In this document: positions 17,538 to 25,496 of the stretch, piece by piece | How the letters are laid out: the number at the start of each line of letters is the position of its first letter | How positions within the stretch are numbered: the first letter of the stretch is position 1 | Source: Actinomycetota bacterium | Lineage (GTDB): Bacteria > Actinomycetota > Acidimicrobiia > Acidimicrobiales > JAFATL01 | Reading direction: 5' to 3' | NCBI GenBank assembly: GCA_019243975.1 | Contig: JAFATL010000570.1 | Span: 1-27,286 of the forward strand | Length of the DNA: 27,286 nucleotides | The notes under the pieces: generated by a model | The model's database searches: none | The model's input: the letters and a program-made list of their open reading frames with translations, nothing else | Told to the model about the DNA's origin: nothing | Translations under genes and position numbers: made by a program

Positions 17538-19174
17538 GCCTCCTCCCGCCGGCGTCGCAACAGCCGGGGCAGGACGGTCGGGGTGAGCACCACCGCCAGC
17601 AGCAGCAGGATCGACAGCGCGCCGAAGAGGTGCGTGGTGGCGCCGGCCAGAACGGGAACGATCCCGGCCGGTCGGTCGGCCGAGCCGGTGCGGCTGCCCA
17701 CGCCGGTGGTCGGCGCCACGGTGCCATCCGCCGCGGTCGGCAACGCCACCTCGTTCAGGGCGGACGTGCCCGTCGAGCCCACGCCGTTCGCGCCGGTGCC
17801 CGCGGCAGTGGCGCGAGCCGCCCCGCCTCCGCCGGTCGGGTTCGTACTGCTCTGACCGGCCGCGATGGCCGCGGTGAGCGCGTCACCCCGGCCGGCGGCC
17901 GCGTCGGCGCAGGGACCGGCACCGGAGGCGTCGCACGCCGGGGGCTGCGGCGCAACTTCGGCCAGGTAGTTCCGGTCGGGCTGACCGGCCACGAACGTCG
18001 GGTTGTGACACGTGGAGACGTCTCGCGACGTGAGGTCGACGTTGCCATCGGCGTCGTGCAACTTGCCGATCTGCTCGAAGCCGGCCTGCACCAGGTTGAT
18101 GGGAAGCGGCGAGTAGCCGATCGGCCCCATTTCCTTCTGGCCGTCGCAGATCGAGTAGTAGAGGAAGTCGGCCATGGTTTGGCGCTTGGCCGTCGTCATC
18201 TTCTGGTCGTCGGCCGCGGTCGGCACCACGAAGTACGAGTACGACGACAACGGGTAGGTGCGCGGGTCGCTGTACTTGTAGACCTGCGTCAGGTCCTGCA
18301 ACAGGTAGTCGGGCGAGGACTTGTCTTCGTTGATGATCGCTTGGGTCAGCGCCACCGCCACGTTGAATTGCGAGGGCAGCGTGAAGTAGCCCGCCGCGTT
18401 GCCGACCTTCGCGACCGGGTAGTTCTTGCCCAGCGCGTAGGAGTACTCGTCGTAACCGATAGCGCCGTTGGCCGCCGACGACGCAATGAAGTTCATCACC
18501 CCGTCGGAACCGCTCTGGGCGATGGCATTGCCCTTGCGCGGGTAGTACTCGGTGAGACCAGCGTGCCCCGCAAACGGGCGCCAGATGTCCGGGTACTGCT
18601 TGTCGAGGTAGTCGGTGAAGTGGGCGGAGGATCCCGAGCCCTCGGAGTGCACGACCGGGATGATCGGCAACGACGGGAGCGCACGGCCGTTGTTGTCGGC
18701 CGTGATGGCCGGGTCGCTCCAGTCGGTGACCTGGTTCGTGAAGATGAGCGCCAGCGTGCGCCCCGACAGGCGGAGGTTGCGCACCAACTGCCCGCGCACC
18801 CGTACCTGATAGGGGAACGACGTTCCGCCCGACACGATCGGCAGGTATGCGTAGTCGCGACCTTGGGCGGTATCGGCGTCGCCGGTGAGCGGGTCGGTGC
18901 CGCGGTAGCCGATCTCAGTGACCGCGAAGTCGCTGGTGCGGTACCCGAAGTCCTTCCTGCCCTGGGCGCTGCCGCTGGCGGTGAAGACGACCTGCAACCC
19001 GTTCGCCTGCACGTCGGCGATCCACTGGTTCATGGCGTTGGCGCTCCAGCTCGACCCCGACCCCTGGATGAGCGCATGGCTGGATGCGGCATGGGCAGAT
19101 CCGGCGGCCGCCGCACCGGTGCCGACGCACAGCCCCATGGCAACCGCCACCCGAACCAGCCTGCCGAGCTTCAC
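17534..19174 (-). CDS. pstS: PstS-like phosphate-binding-fold protein with a C-terminal linker, TM anchor and basic tail
   Basis: IQGSGSSW, SGSAQGRKDF, VVHSEGSGSS, GAIGYDEYSYA, RTYPLSSYSY. SPI-type signal (AHA/A). Tail LSILLLLAVVL..RRRR. Confidence 0.82.
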   Translation of the reverse strand: MKLGRLVRVAVAMGLCVGTGAAAAGSAHAASSHALIQGSGSSWSANAMNQWIADVQANGLQVVFTASGSAQGRKDFGYRTSDFAVTEIGYRGTDPLTGDADTAQGRDYAYLPIVSGGTSFPYQVRVRGQLVRNLRLSGRTLALIFTNQVTDWSDPAITADNNGRALPSLPIIPVVHSEGSGSSAHFTDYLDKQYPDIWRPFAGHAGLTEYYPRKGNAIAQSGSDGVMNFIASSAANGAIGYDEYSYALGKNYPVAKVGNAAGYFTLPSQFNVAVALTQAIINEDKSSPDYLLQDLTQVYKYSDPRTYPLSSYSYFVVPTAADDQKMTTAKRQTMADFLYYSICDGQKEMGPIGYSPLPINLVQAGFEQIGKLHDADGNVDLTSRDVSTCHNPTFVAGQPDRNYLAEVAPQPPACDASGAGPCADAAAGRGDALTAAIAAGQSSTNPTGGGGAARATAAGTGANGVGSTGTSALNEVALPTAADGTVAPTTGVGSRTGSADRPAGIVPVLAGATTHLFGALSILLLLAVVLTPTVLPRLLRRRREEA

Positions 19175-20223
19175 CGAGCCACCTGCCGGTTGCGGGCGGC
19201 GAAACGGGCCGCCGCAAAGAGGGCGAGCACGAGGACGACGAGGAGAGCGGCGGCGCCGTAGCCGCGGGCGATGTACTGCGGCTCACCGCTGCGGACCGAG
19301 GCGAAGATGAACAGCGGCAACGAGTTCATCGGGTTGTGGAAGGGGTTCTTGTTGAAGAACGTCGAGGCACCCGACACGATCAGCAGGGGCGCCGTCTCGC
19401 CGGCGATACGCGCCACCCCGAGGATGAGCGAAGTCGCCAGTCCGGGGCGAGCCGTCGGCAGCACGACACCCCGCACCGTCCGCCAGTGCGACGCGCCCAG
19501 GGCCAGGCCTGCCTCGCGCAACCCGTCGGGCACCAGCTTGAGGACCACCTCCGCCGAGCGGGCCACGACCGGCGTCATCGTCACCGCCAGGGCCAACGAG
19601 ACGGCAAACCCGTCGCGCTCCCAGTGAAAGCCGATGATCAGCACGGTGTAGACGAACAGACCTGCCAGCACGTCGGGCAGCGCCGTCATGGCTTCGATCA
19701 CCGTGCGCACAACGTTCGTCAGGCGGCCGCCCACCTCGGTCATGTACACGGCTGTGGCGATGCCAAGCGGCAGGGCGATGAGGACGGCGATGCCGATCTC
19801 GATCCCTGATCCGATGACGGCGTGCAGCACCCCGCCCTGACTCAGCGGCGACGTCGGCCGCACGCCCGACATGTCGTCGACGTAGAAGTTGAGGTGGTGC
19901 AGGGCGGGCCAGCCCCGCACAAAGACGAACCCGATCGTCACCACCAGAGCCGCCCCCACCAGGGCGGCCCCGCCGGTCACGACCGCAGCGACGAGGCGGT
20001 CGGCCACCACGGTGCCCGGGTTGGAGAAGGCGCTCAACGCCACGTAGACGCCGAGGAACGCCAGGTACCACGCCACCGCAAAACCAATGGCGCCGCTGGT
20101 CGGCAGCACCCGCAGGTACAGCAGCCACGTCAGTGCGAGGGAACCGACGCCGGCGCCGACCACCGAGGCCACATCGTCGAGGTGGCGGGTGGAGATGCGC
20201 CGGGGGACGTCGACGTCGATCAC
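19171..20223 (-). CDS. pstA: PstA-like ABC permease with an N-terminal hydrophobic extension
   Basis: GGVLHAVIGS, ALPLGIATAVYMTE, EAA loop VPDGLREAGLALGASHWRTV, GVARIAGETAPLL. Confidence 0.88.
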   Translation of the reverse strand: MIDVDVPRRISTRHLDDVASVVGAGVGSLALTWLLYLRVLPTSGAIGFAVAWYLAFLGVYVALSAFSNPGTVVADRLVAAVVTGGAALVGAALVVTIGFVFVRGWPALHHLNFYVDDMSGVRPTSPLSQGGVLHAVIGSGIEIGIAVLIALPLGIATAVYMTEVGGRLTNVVRTVIEAMTALPDVLAGLFVYTVLIIGFHWERDGFAVSLALAVTMTPVVARSAEVVLKLVPDGLREAGLALGASHWRTVRGVVLPTARPGLATSLILGVARIAGETAPLLIVSGASTFFNKNPFHNPMNSLPLFIFASVRSGEPQYIARGYGAAALLVVLVLALFAAARFAARNRQVAR

Positions 20224-20224
20224 G

Positions 20225-21226
20225 TCAGAGCTCCGCCCCTGCGCCGCTGCGGCTGCGGTTCACGAACACGGCCGCGACCGTGTTGACCCCCAGGGTCATG
20301 AGGAAGAGAACGAAGCCGGCAGCCAACAGCGCCGACAGCTGCGAGGTGGTCGCCTCGCCAAAGCGCCCGGCGATGAGAGCTGAGGTCGTCATCGTGCCGA
20401 CCGTCAGCACGTGGAACTTGATCTCGAACGCCGGCGAGATGATGAGCAGGACGGCGATCGTCTCGCCCAGGGCCCGGCCCAGAGCGAGCATCGTGCCGCC
20501 GATGATCCCGCGCCGCCCGAACGGCAACACGACGGTGCGGATCACCCCCAACCGGGTGGCGCCGAGAGCGGATGCAGCCTCTCGCTCGCCGAGCGGCGTC
20601 TCGGCGAACACGCCGCGCATGATTGCGCACGCCAGCGGGATCACCATCAGCGACACCGCAATGCCGGCGATGAACGCCGAAGCCGTGTACTTCGAGGGCG
20701 CCCACGCCGCCGCGTTGGGATCGGTGTCGACGCGGAAGATCGGCACCCAGGAGAAGTACTGGCTCAGCCAGCGGGCGATGTAAATCGCGTGGGGCTGCAG
20801 GAAGGCGAAACCCAGCAGCCCGTAGATGATGCTGGGCACGGCCGCCATCAAATCGACGAGGGCGACCAGGCCGGCCCGGATGCGCGCCGGCGCGTACTCA
20901 CTTATGTACAGCGCGGTAGCGAGTGCCAGGGGGAACCCGATCGCGAGGGCGATGACGGCCACCTCGACCGTGCCGACGAGCACGGCGGCGAGGCCGATGA
21001 TGTCGCGCTCGGGCAGCCACCGGCTCTCGGTGAAGAAATGGAGGCCGTAGCGGTGCAGCGTCGGGAGACCCTGGTAGCCGAGGAACAGGCCAATGGCGAG
21101 GATGAGGGCGAGCACGGCCATGCCCACGCCTCGGGCGCCGTGATGGAAGACGCGATCGGCCTTCGTCAGGCCCGGGTCGACGACGCGAGGCTCGTCGAAC
21201 GCAGGCGAGGGCAACACATGGGCCAT
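20225..21226 (-). CDS. pstC: PstC-like ABC permease
   Basis: FFTESRWLP, LYISEYAP, DLMAAVPSIIYGL, EREAASALGATR, LGRALGETIAV. Confidence 0.9.
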   Translation of the reverse strand: MAHVLPSPAFDEPRVVDPGLTKADRVFHHGARGVGMAVLALILAIGLFLGYQGLPTLHRYGLHFFTESRWLPERDIIGLAAVLVGTVEVAVIALAIGFPLALATALYISEYAPARIRAGLVALVDLMAAVPSIIYGLLGFAFLQPHAIYIARWLSQYFSWVPIFRVDTDPNAAAWAPSKYTASAFIAGIAVSLMVIPLACAIMRGVFAETPLGEREAASALGATRLGVIRTVVLPFGRRGIIGGTMLALGRALGETIAVLLIISPAFEIKFHVLTVGTMTTSALIAGRFGEATTSQLSALLAAGFVLFLMTLGVNTVAAVFVNRSRSGAGAEL

Positions 21227-21245
21227 GACGCGTGGGTCTTCGCGC

Positions 21246-22079
21246 TCAGCCGAATCGGCCGTGGACGTAGTCGGACGTCCGCTGGTCTTGAGGCTGCTCG
21301 AACACCTGCCGCGTCGAGCCCATCTCGACGACCACCCCGGGCTCGCCCTCGGCGGCGAGGAAGAACGCGCACTGCTGCGACACGCGCACGGCCTGCTGCA
21401 TGTTGTGGGTAACGATCACCACGGTCATGTCGTGGGCCAGCTCGCCGATCGTCCGCTCGATGTGGCGGGTCGAGGTGGGGTCGAGCGCGGAGCACGGCTC
21501 GTCCATGAGCAGCACGTCCGGATCGACGGCCAACGAACGGGCGATGCACAAGCGCTGCTGCTGACCGCCCGAGAGCGCCCCGCCCGGCCGGTCGAGCCGG
21601 TTCTTCACCTCGTCCCACAGGCCCGCACGGCGCAGGCTTCGCTCGGCGATCTCGGCCCGCTCCCCGCGACTGACGCGCTGGCCCGTGAGCTTGAGCCCGG
21701 CGGTGACGTTGTCGGCGATCGACATGGCGGGGAACGGGTTCGGCTTCTGGAACACCATGCCGATGCGCCGACGCGTCTCGGTGACGCGCTGACTTCCGTC
21801 GTAGACGTCATGCCCGTCGAGCAGGACCTCACCGGCCATCTTCGCCATCGGCGTCGACTCGTGCATGCGATTGAGGATGCGGAGGAACGTCGACTTGCCG
21901 CACCCCGATGGCCCGATGAGCGCAGTGACGCTGGCGTTCGGCATCGACATCGACACCCGCTCGAGCACTTTGTGGGTGCCGAACCACGCCGAGACGTTGC
22001 GCGTCTCGAGATGGGCCGCCGTGCCTGCGGGCGCGACGGCGGGCGGCGCCGGTTCGGCGAGAACGGAGGTCGCGGTCAT
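21246..22079 (-). CDS. pstB: PstB-like ABC ATPase
   Basis: Walker A GPSGCGKST, LNRMHE, MVFQKPNPFP, LSGGQQQRLCIAR, LLMDEPCSALDP, IVTHNMQQA. ATG 22079 overlaps the upstream TGA. Confidence 0.95.
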   Translation of the reverse strand: MTATSVLAEPAPPAVAPAGTAAHLETRNVSAWFGTHKVLERVSMSMPNASVTALIGPSGCGKSTFLRILNRMHESTPMAKMAGEVLLDGHDVYDGSQRVTETRRRIGMVFQKPNPFPAMSIADNVTAGLKLTGQRVSRGERAEIAERSLRRAGLWDEVKNRLDRPGGALSGGQQQRLCIARSLAVDPDVLLMDEPCSALDPTSTRHIERTIGELAHDMTVVIVTHNMQQAVRVSQQCAFFLAAEGEPGVVVEMGSTRQVFEQPQDQRTSDYVHGRFG

Positions 22080-23329
22080 ACCCGGTGCCGCCAGGCCGGG
22101 ACCCGCCGCCGGGCCCAGCCGACGACCGCCGCGCCCAACAGGAACACGCCCAGGCCTGCGCCCGCGGTGCCGAGGATCTGGCGACCCGTTCGGGGCAGGG
22201 CGCCCGACCCCGACGAGGATGACGACCCCGACGTGCCGCCCGTTGACGATGCCGCCACGGTGAACGGGTACGACGCGACGCGACTGGCACCGGTGAGGGT
22301 GATGGTGTGGGCACCGGCGTCGAGGCTCGTCGGCAGGGTGATCGACGCCGTCACCTTCCCCGCCGCGTCGGCCGTGACCGAACCCAGGCTTACGGTCGCC
22401 GAGTGGGCCGCCACGGCGACCGACTCGTTGGGCGTGAATCCGGATGCCGTGACCGTGATCTTTTGGCCCGGCGTCAGGGTGGTGTTCGCCGCCAGCGGGC
22501 TGCCGGATGCGTCGGTGGCGGTCGCGGTGGTGGTCGTGGTGGTGGTGGTGGTCGACCCGCCCACCGCCGTTGTGGTCGTGGTGGACCCTCCCGCCACCGT
22601 CGTCGTGGTAGAGCCGCCGGCCACGGTGGTGCTCGTGGAACCGCCGGACGCAGTGGTGGTGGTCGAACCGCCCGCCACGGTCGTCGGCGTCGTGGTCGGT
22701 GGCGTACTGCCGGGCGCCGGATACACCTGCGTCCACGTGGATCCCGTGATCTGGATGACGGTTTCGAAGTACTGCGAGCCCGGCGCCTGGCCCGGTCCCG
22801 ACGTCTTCAGGCGCAGCTGGTACAGCCCCTGATAGGGGTCACCGCTGGGCGCCGTATTGGGGAAGTCGCCTTGCAACTGCGCCAACGTCTCGTCCGACGA
22901 AGTCAAGCTCACCAGCGGCAGCGGCGAGCTCTTCAGGGCCGCGGGCGCGTTCGAGTTCGGATAGGTCGTCGAGCCCGACATCTGCTCGCTCGACCACGCC
23001 CCGCTGGGCTGCCCGCTCTTGGGCAGCGCGCCGAAGAGCGTGGCCTTGTTGTCGCCCGAACGGCCCGCCCCGCTGGCCTGCGCGAAGGCGGCGAAGGGAG
23101 CGTCACCCACGTTGCCGGTTGTGACGGCTGCGCCACTGGCGTTGTAGAAGGTGAGGAAGCCGCTCGAGTTGGGATCGGGCTCGAACGGCGGCGCCGATGC
23201 CGCGCCCGCGGGGCCGATGTCCGACAGCGTGGCCACCGCGCCGGCGACCAGCAGGCCCACCGCCAGCGCCAGGCGCACGGCCGTGCCGGTCCGGCGCCAG
23301 CGGGTCTTCGTCGGAATGGAGTTCGTCAT
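22076..23329 (-). CDS. LPXTG-anchored surface protein: unnamed N-domain, Thr-rich stalk, Ig-like domain, LPRTG-TM-basic tail
   Basis: Signal peptide. Ig-like PGQKITVTASGFTPNESV..ADAAG..SITLP..GAHTITLTG. GALPRTG followed by a hydrophobic stretch and RRR. ATG 23329 has SD AGGA. Confidence 0.87.
   Translation of the reverse strand: MTNSIPTKTRWRRTGTAVRLALAVGLLVAGAVATLSDIGPAGAASAPPFEPDPNSSGFLTFYNASGAAVTTGNVGDAPFAAFAQASGAGRSGDNKATLFGALPKSGQPSGAWSSEQMSGSTTYPNSNAPAALKSSPLPLVSLTSSDETLAQLQGDFPNTAPSGDPYQGLYQLRLKTSGPGQAPGSQYFETVIQITGSTWTQVYPAPGSTPPTTTPTTVAGGSTTTTASGGSTSTTVAGGSTTTTVAGGSTTTTTAVGGSTTTTTTTTTATATDASGSPLAANTTLTPGQKITVTASGFTPNESVAVAAHSATVSLGSVTADAAGKVTASITLPTSLDAGAHTITLTGASRVASYPFTVAASSTGGTSGSSSSSGSGALPRTGRQILGTAGAGLGVFLLGAAVVGWARRRVPAWRHRV
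22513..22704 (-). repeat. Five imperfect GGSTTT(T) coding repeats (Thr-rich stalk)
   Basis: TVAGGSTTTTASGGSTSTTVAGGSTTTTVAGGSTTTTTAVGGSTTTTTTTTT. Confidence 0.85.
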
Positions 23330-23336
23330 GCCAGTC

Positions 23337-24164
23337 CTATCGATGTCGTGAATGGAGAAAAGGGGTGCGCCGTCGCCTGCGGGCGATGAACGCGGCGCCG
23401 AGCACCGCCGGCACCGCGAGAAGTGCCCACGGGACGCCATGTCGCGTACGAGACGGGGCGGGACGCGCCGTGTCCGCCTTGGTCGTGGGCGCCGCCAGCT
23501 GGCCGGTCGTCAGCCCGGGGAGTGTCGTGCTCGTGGCCTGCTGCTCCTGGATCGCCTGGGCGACGGACTTCGAGGGGTCGGCCGACGGCAGTAGCTCGGC
23601 GATCGAGGTGGCCTGGCCGACGTCGCAGGCCACATCGCCGCCGCGCACGACCTCCCACCGCGCTCCCGACACGCGGATGTCTGTCGCTGCGTACGTCTGC
23701 GTGTAGGGCGGCTGGTCGGGGGCACCCAGGTAGAGGCGGAGCTGCAACAGCCCGTTCCACCGGGGCGGGTAGCTGTCGACGAACTCGCGCAGCGGCGCGT
23801 CCGCCGCGACGAGCTTGCCGATGGGGTGCGCCGGATTCGTGTACCGCGTCGAGGCGCCGAGGGCGTCGCCGCTCCACTCCCCCGGCGCGACTCCCGGCCG
23901 GGGCTGGAACGCGAACAGCGTCGCCGTGCGGCCGTCGCCCGCGTAGTCCGCCGGCGCGGCCGTCGAGCTCACGGCCGTACCCACGAAAGGCCGGTCGTCG
24001 AGTGAGCCCGCGTGCACCGCGTGCCCACTCGCATCGCACAGGCCGAGGTACCCGTTCACCTTGGCGTCGGAGTACGGCACCGACGCCGCGTCCGCCCGTG
24101 CGCCGAGCGACACCACGGCGACGACCGACGTGGCCAGCGCGGCGCCGGCCCGAAACCATCTCAT
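23337..24164 (-). CDS. Exported protein with the same unnamed domain, a linker and a C-terminal TM plus RRRRR tail
   Basis: Signal peptide (ARA/DAA). Domain alignable by eye to that of 22076-23329. VPWALLAVPAVLGAAFIA-RRRRR. Confidence 0.82.
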   Translation of the reverse strand: MRWFRAGAALATSVVAVVSLGARADAASVPYSDAKVNGYLGLCDASGHAVHAGSLDDRPFVGTAVSSTAAPADYAGDGRTATLFAFQPRPGVAPGEWSGDALGASTRYTNPAHPIGKLVAADAPLREFVDSYPPRWNGLLQLRLYLGAPDQPPYTQTYAATDIRVSGARWEVVRGGDVACDVGQATSIAELLPSADPSKSVAQAIQEQQATSTTLPGLTTGQLAAPTTKADTARPAPSRTRHGVPWALLAVPAVLGAAFIARRRRRTPFLHSRHR

Positions 24165-24173
24165 CGGCCTGGG

Positions 24174-25337
24174 TCACCCCGCCGAGACGTTGCCGAGGTC
24201 GTTGTAACCGGGGATGCCGCCCGCCGCGGCGACGAGCGCCTGGCCCGCCGGCTTCTTGAAGAAGGGCGTGCCGTTGGTATCGGAGAACAACGTCTGCACC
24301 CAGTTCTTCGTGCTGCCCGGCTGCCAGGGGGACGACGACGTGGCGTCGCTCTGGCGGAAGGTGACGTAGAGGCCGTTGGTGTCGTTGTAGAACGCGGCCC
24401 CGTCAGGAGCGCTCCCCGTGAGGGCCTTCACGCCGGGCTGCAGGGCCGACCCGCCGGGGAAGGCGGTGGCCGGGTTGTGGAAGTACCCCGAGTTCCAGAG
24501 GTTCAGGCGACCGATGGAGAAGGGAACGATCGCATCCGCCGGGCTGGTCGCACCCGTCACTGCGCCGGGGTCGTTCTGCTCGACGGTGATCACGTTGGAC
24601 CCGAGCGTGATGGCCGTGCCGCCGTTGGCGGCCTTCAGGTCGGCCAGGAACGTCTTGTTGATCGACGATGAGCTGGGCGGGATCAGCGGCAGGATGGCGT
24701 TTGTCGACCCACTGCTGTTCCCGGGCAACTCGTTCCAGTGCAGGTAGGTGCCTTTGTAGATGCCGATTAGCTCGGCAGTGGACAGGCCCGCCGGCGCGTT
24801 CGTGGTCGACGCCGCGACCACCTGGAGGGGGTCGGTCCCGATCTGCACCACGTGCAGGAAGCCCCACCCGTTGTTCTGGGCGGTCGTCTGGTTGGCAGCC
24901 GTGGGCAGGCTGGCGGCCCGGGTGAAGTTGATCTTCTGGATCGACCCGGTGTCGGCGAGGATGGCGCTGTAGCCGCCGCCAGTGCTGGTGATGCGCTGTA
25001 CGGGAAACGTGCCGGCCCGCAGCACGACGGTGGGGTTGAGGGCCTTGGGCGCCGACTCGGTACTGAACTGCGCGTATGCGGCGCGGCCGTTCGAATCAGC
25101 CGTGGCGTCGATGCTCACCAGCTTGTTGACGTTGTTCGCCGCGTTGTAGCCAAGGTCGCCGTTGGTGTCGCCATCGGCGCCGAAGTCGACGTTGTACTGC
25201 GGCGTCTCACCACCGACGCCGACGACGTCGGTGGCCGAGGGCGCGTAGTCCGCGTGGGCGCTGACGGCCGTGCTGACGAACAGCGTGAGCAGCGCAGCCG
25301 CGCCGAGCCACAGCCTCCCGAGATTCCTTGCCTGCAC
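24174..25337 (-). CDS. Secreted, unanchored, divergent PstS-like (PBP-fold) protein; first gene of the operon
   Basis: Signal peptide (AHA/D). VVGVGGETPQ, INFTRAAS, LSTAELIGIYKG.YLHWNEL. GTG 25337 has SD GAAGGA. No lipobox or C-terminal TM. Confidence 0.78.
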   Translation of the reverse strand: MQARNLGRLWLGAAALLTLFVSTAVSAHADYAPSATDVVGVGGETPQYNVDFGADGDTNGDLGYNAANNVNKLVSIDATADSNGRAAYAQFSTESAPKALNPTVVLRAGTFPVQRITSTGGGYSAILADTGSIQKINFTRAASLPTAANQTTAQNNGWGFLHVVQIGTDPLQVVAASTTNAPAGLSTAELIGIYKGTYLHWNELPGNSSGSTNAILPLIPPSSSSINKTFLADLKAANGGTAITLGSNVITVEQNDPGAVTGATSPADAIVPFSIGRLNLWNSGYFHNPATAFPGGSALQPGVKALTGSAPDGAAFYNDTNGLYVTFRQSDATSSSPWQPGSTKNWVQTLFSDTNGTPFFKKPAGQALVAAAGGIPGYNDLGNVSAG

Positions 25338-25391
25338 GTTCCTTCTCCCCTCGGGTCGCCCGGCCGAACAGCCCGGCAACTCATTGCCATC

Positions 25392-25416
25392 AATTCCTAT
25401 CAGGATAGTAGGAATT
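25392..25416. promoter_or_regulatory. 25-bp inverted repeat AATTCCTA-N9-TAGGAATT, candidate Rrf2 operator overlapping a -10 box
   Basis: Perfect 8-bp arms in an AT-rich patch. Minus-strand TACTAT (25410-25405) lies inside it, with TTGCAC (25434-25429) 18 nt upstream. Confidence 0.65.
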
Positions 25417-25496
25417 CGCGACGCGACTGTGCAATTCCGAGGTTCTTCTCACGCGGGCACCCGAGGGACGGTGGCCCGGCGACCTGGAGAGGCCGC

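Noticed and set aside
17690-17730. APTTG or GSRTG in PstS, and LPGLTTG in the 23337-24164 protein, as variant sorting signals
   Set aside because: They are too far from the hydrophobic helix and lie in low-complexity linkers. Not supportable without homolog conservation.
21246-22736. 496-aa PstB with a long N-terminal extension
   Set aside because: The extension is an alternative frame of the LPRTG gene. ATG 22079 with an ATGA overlap gives a normal-sized PstB.
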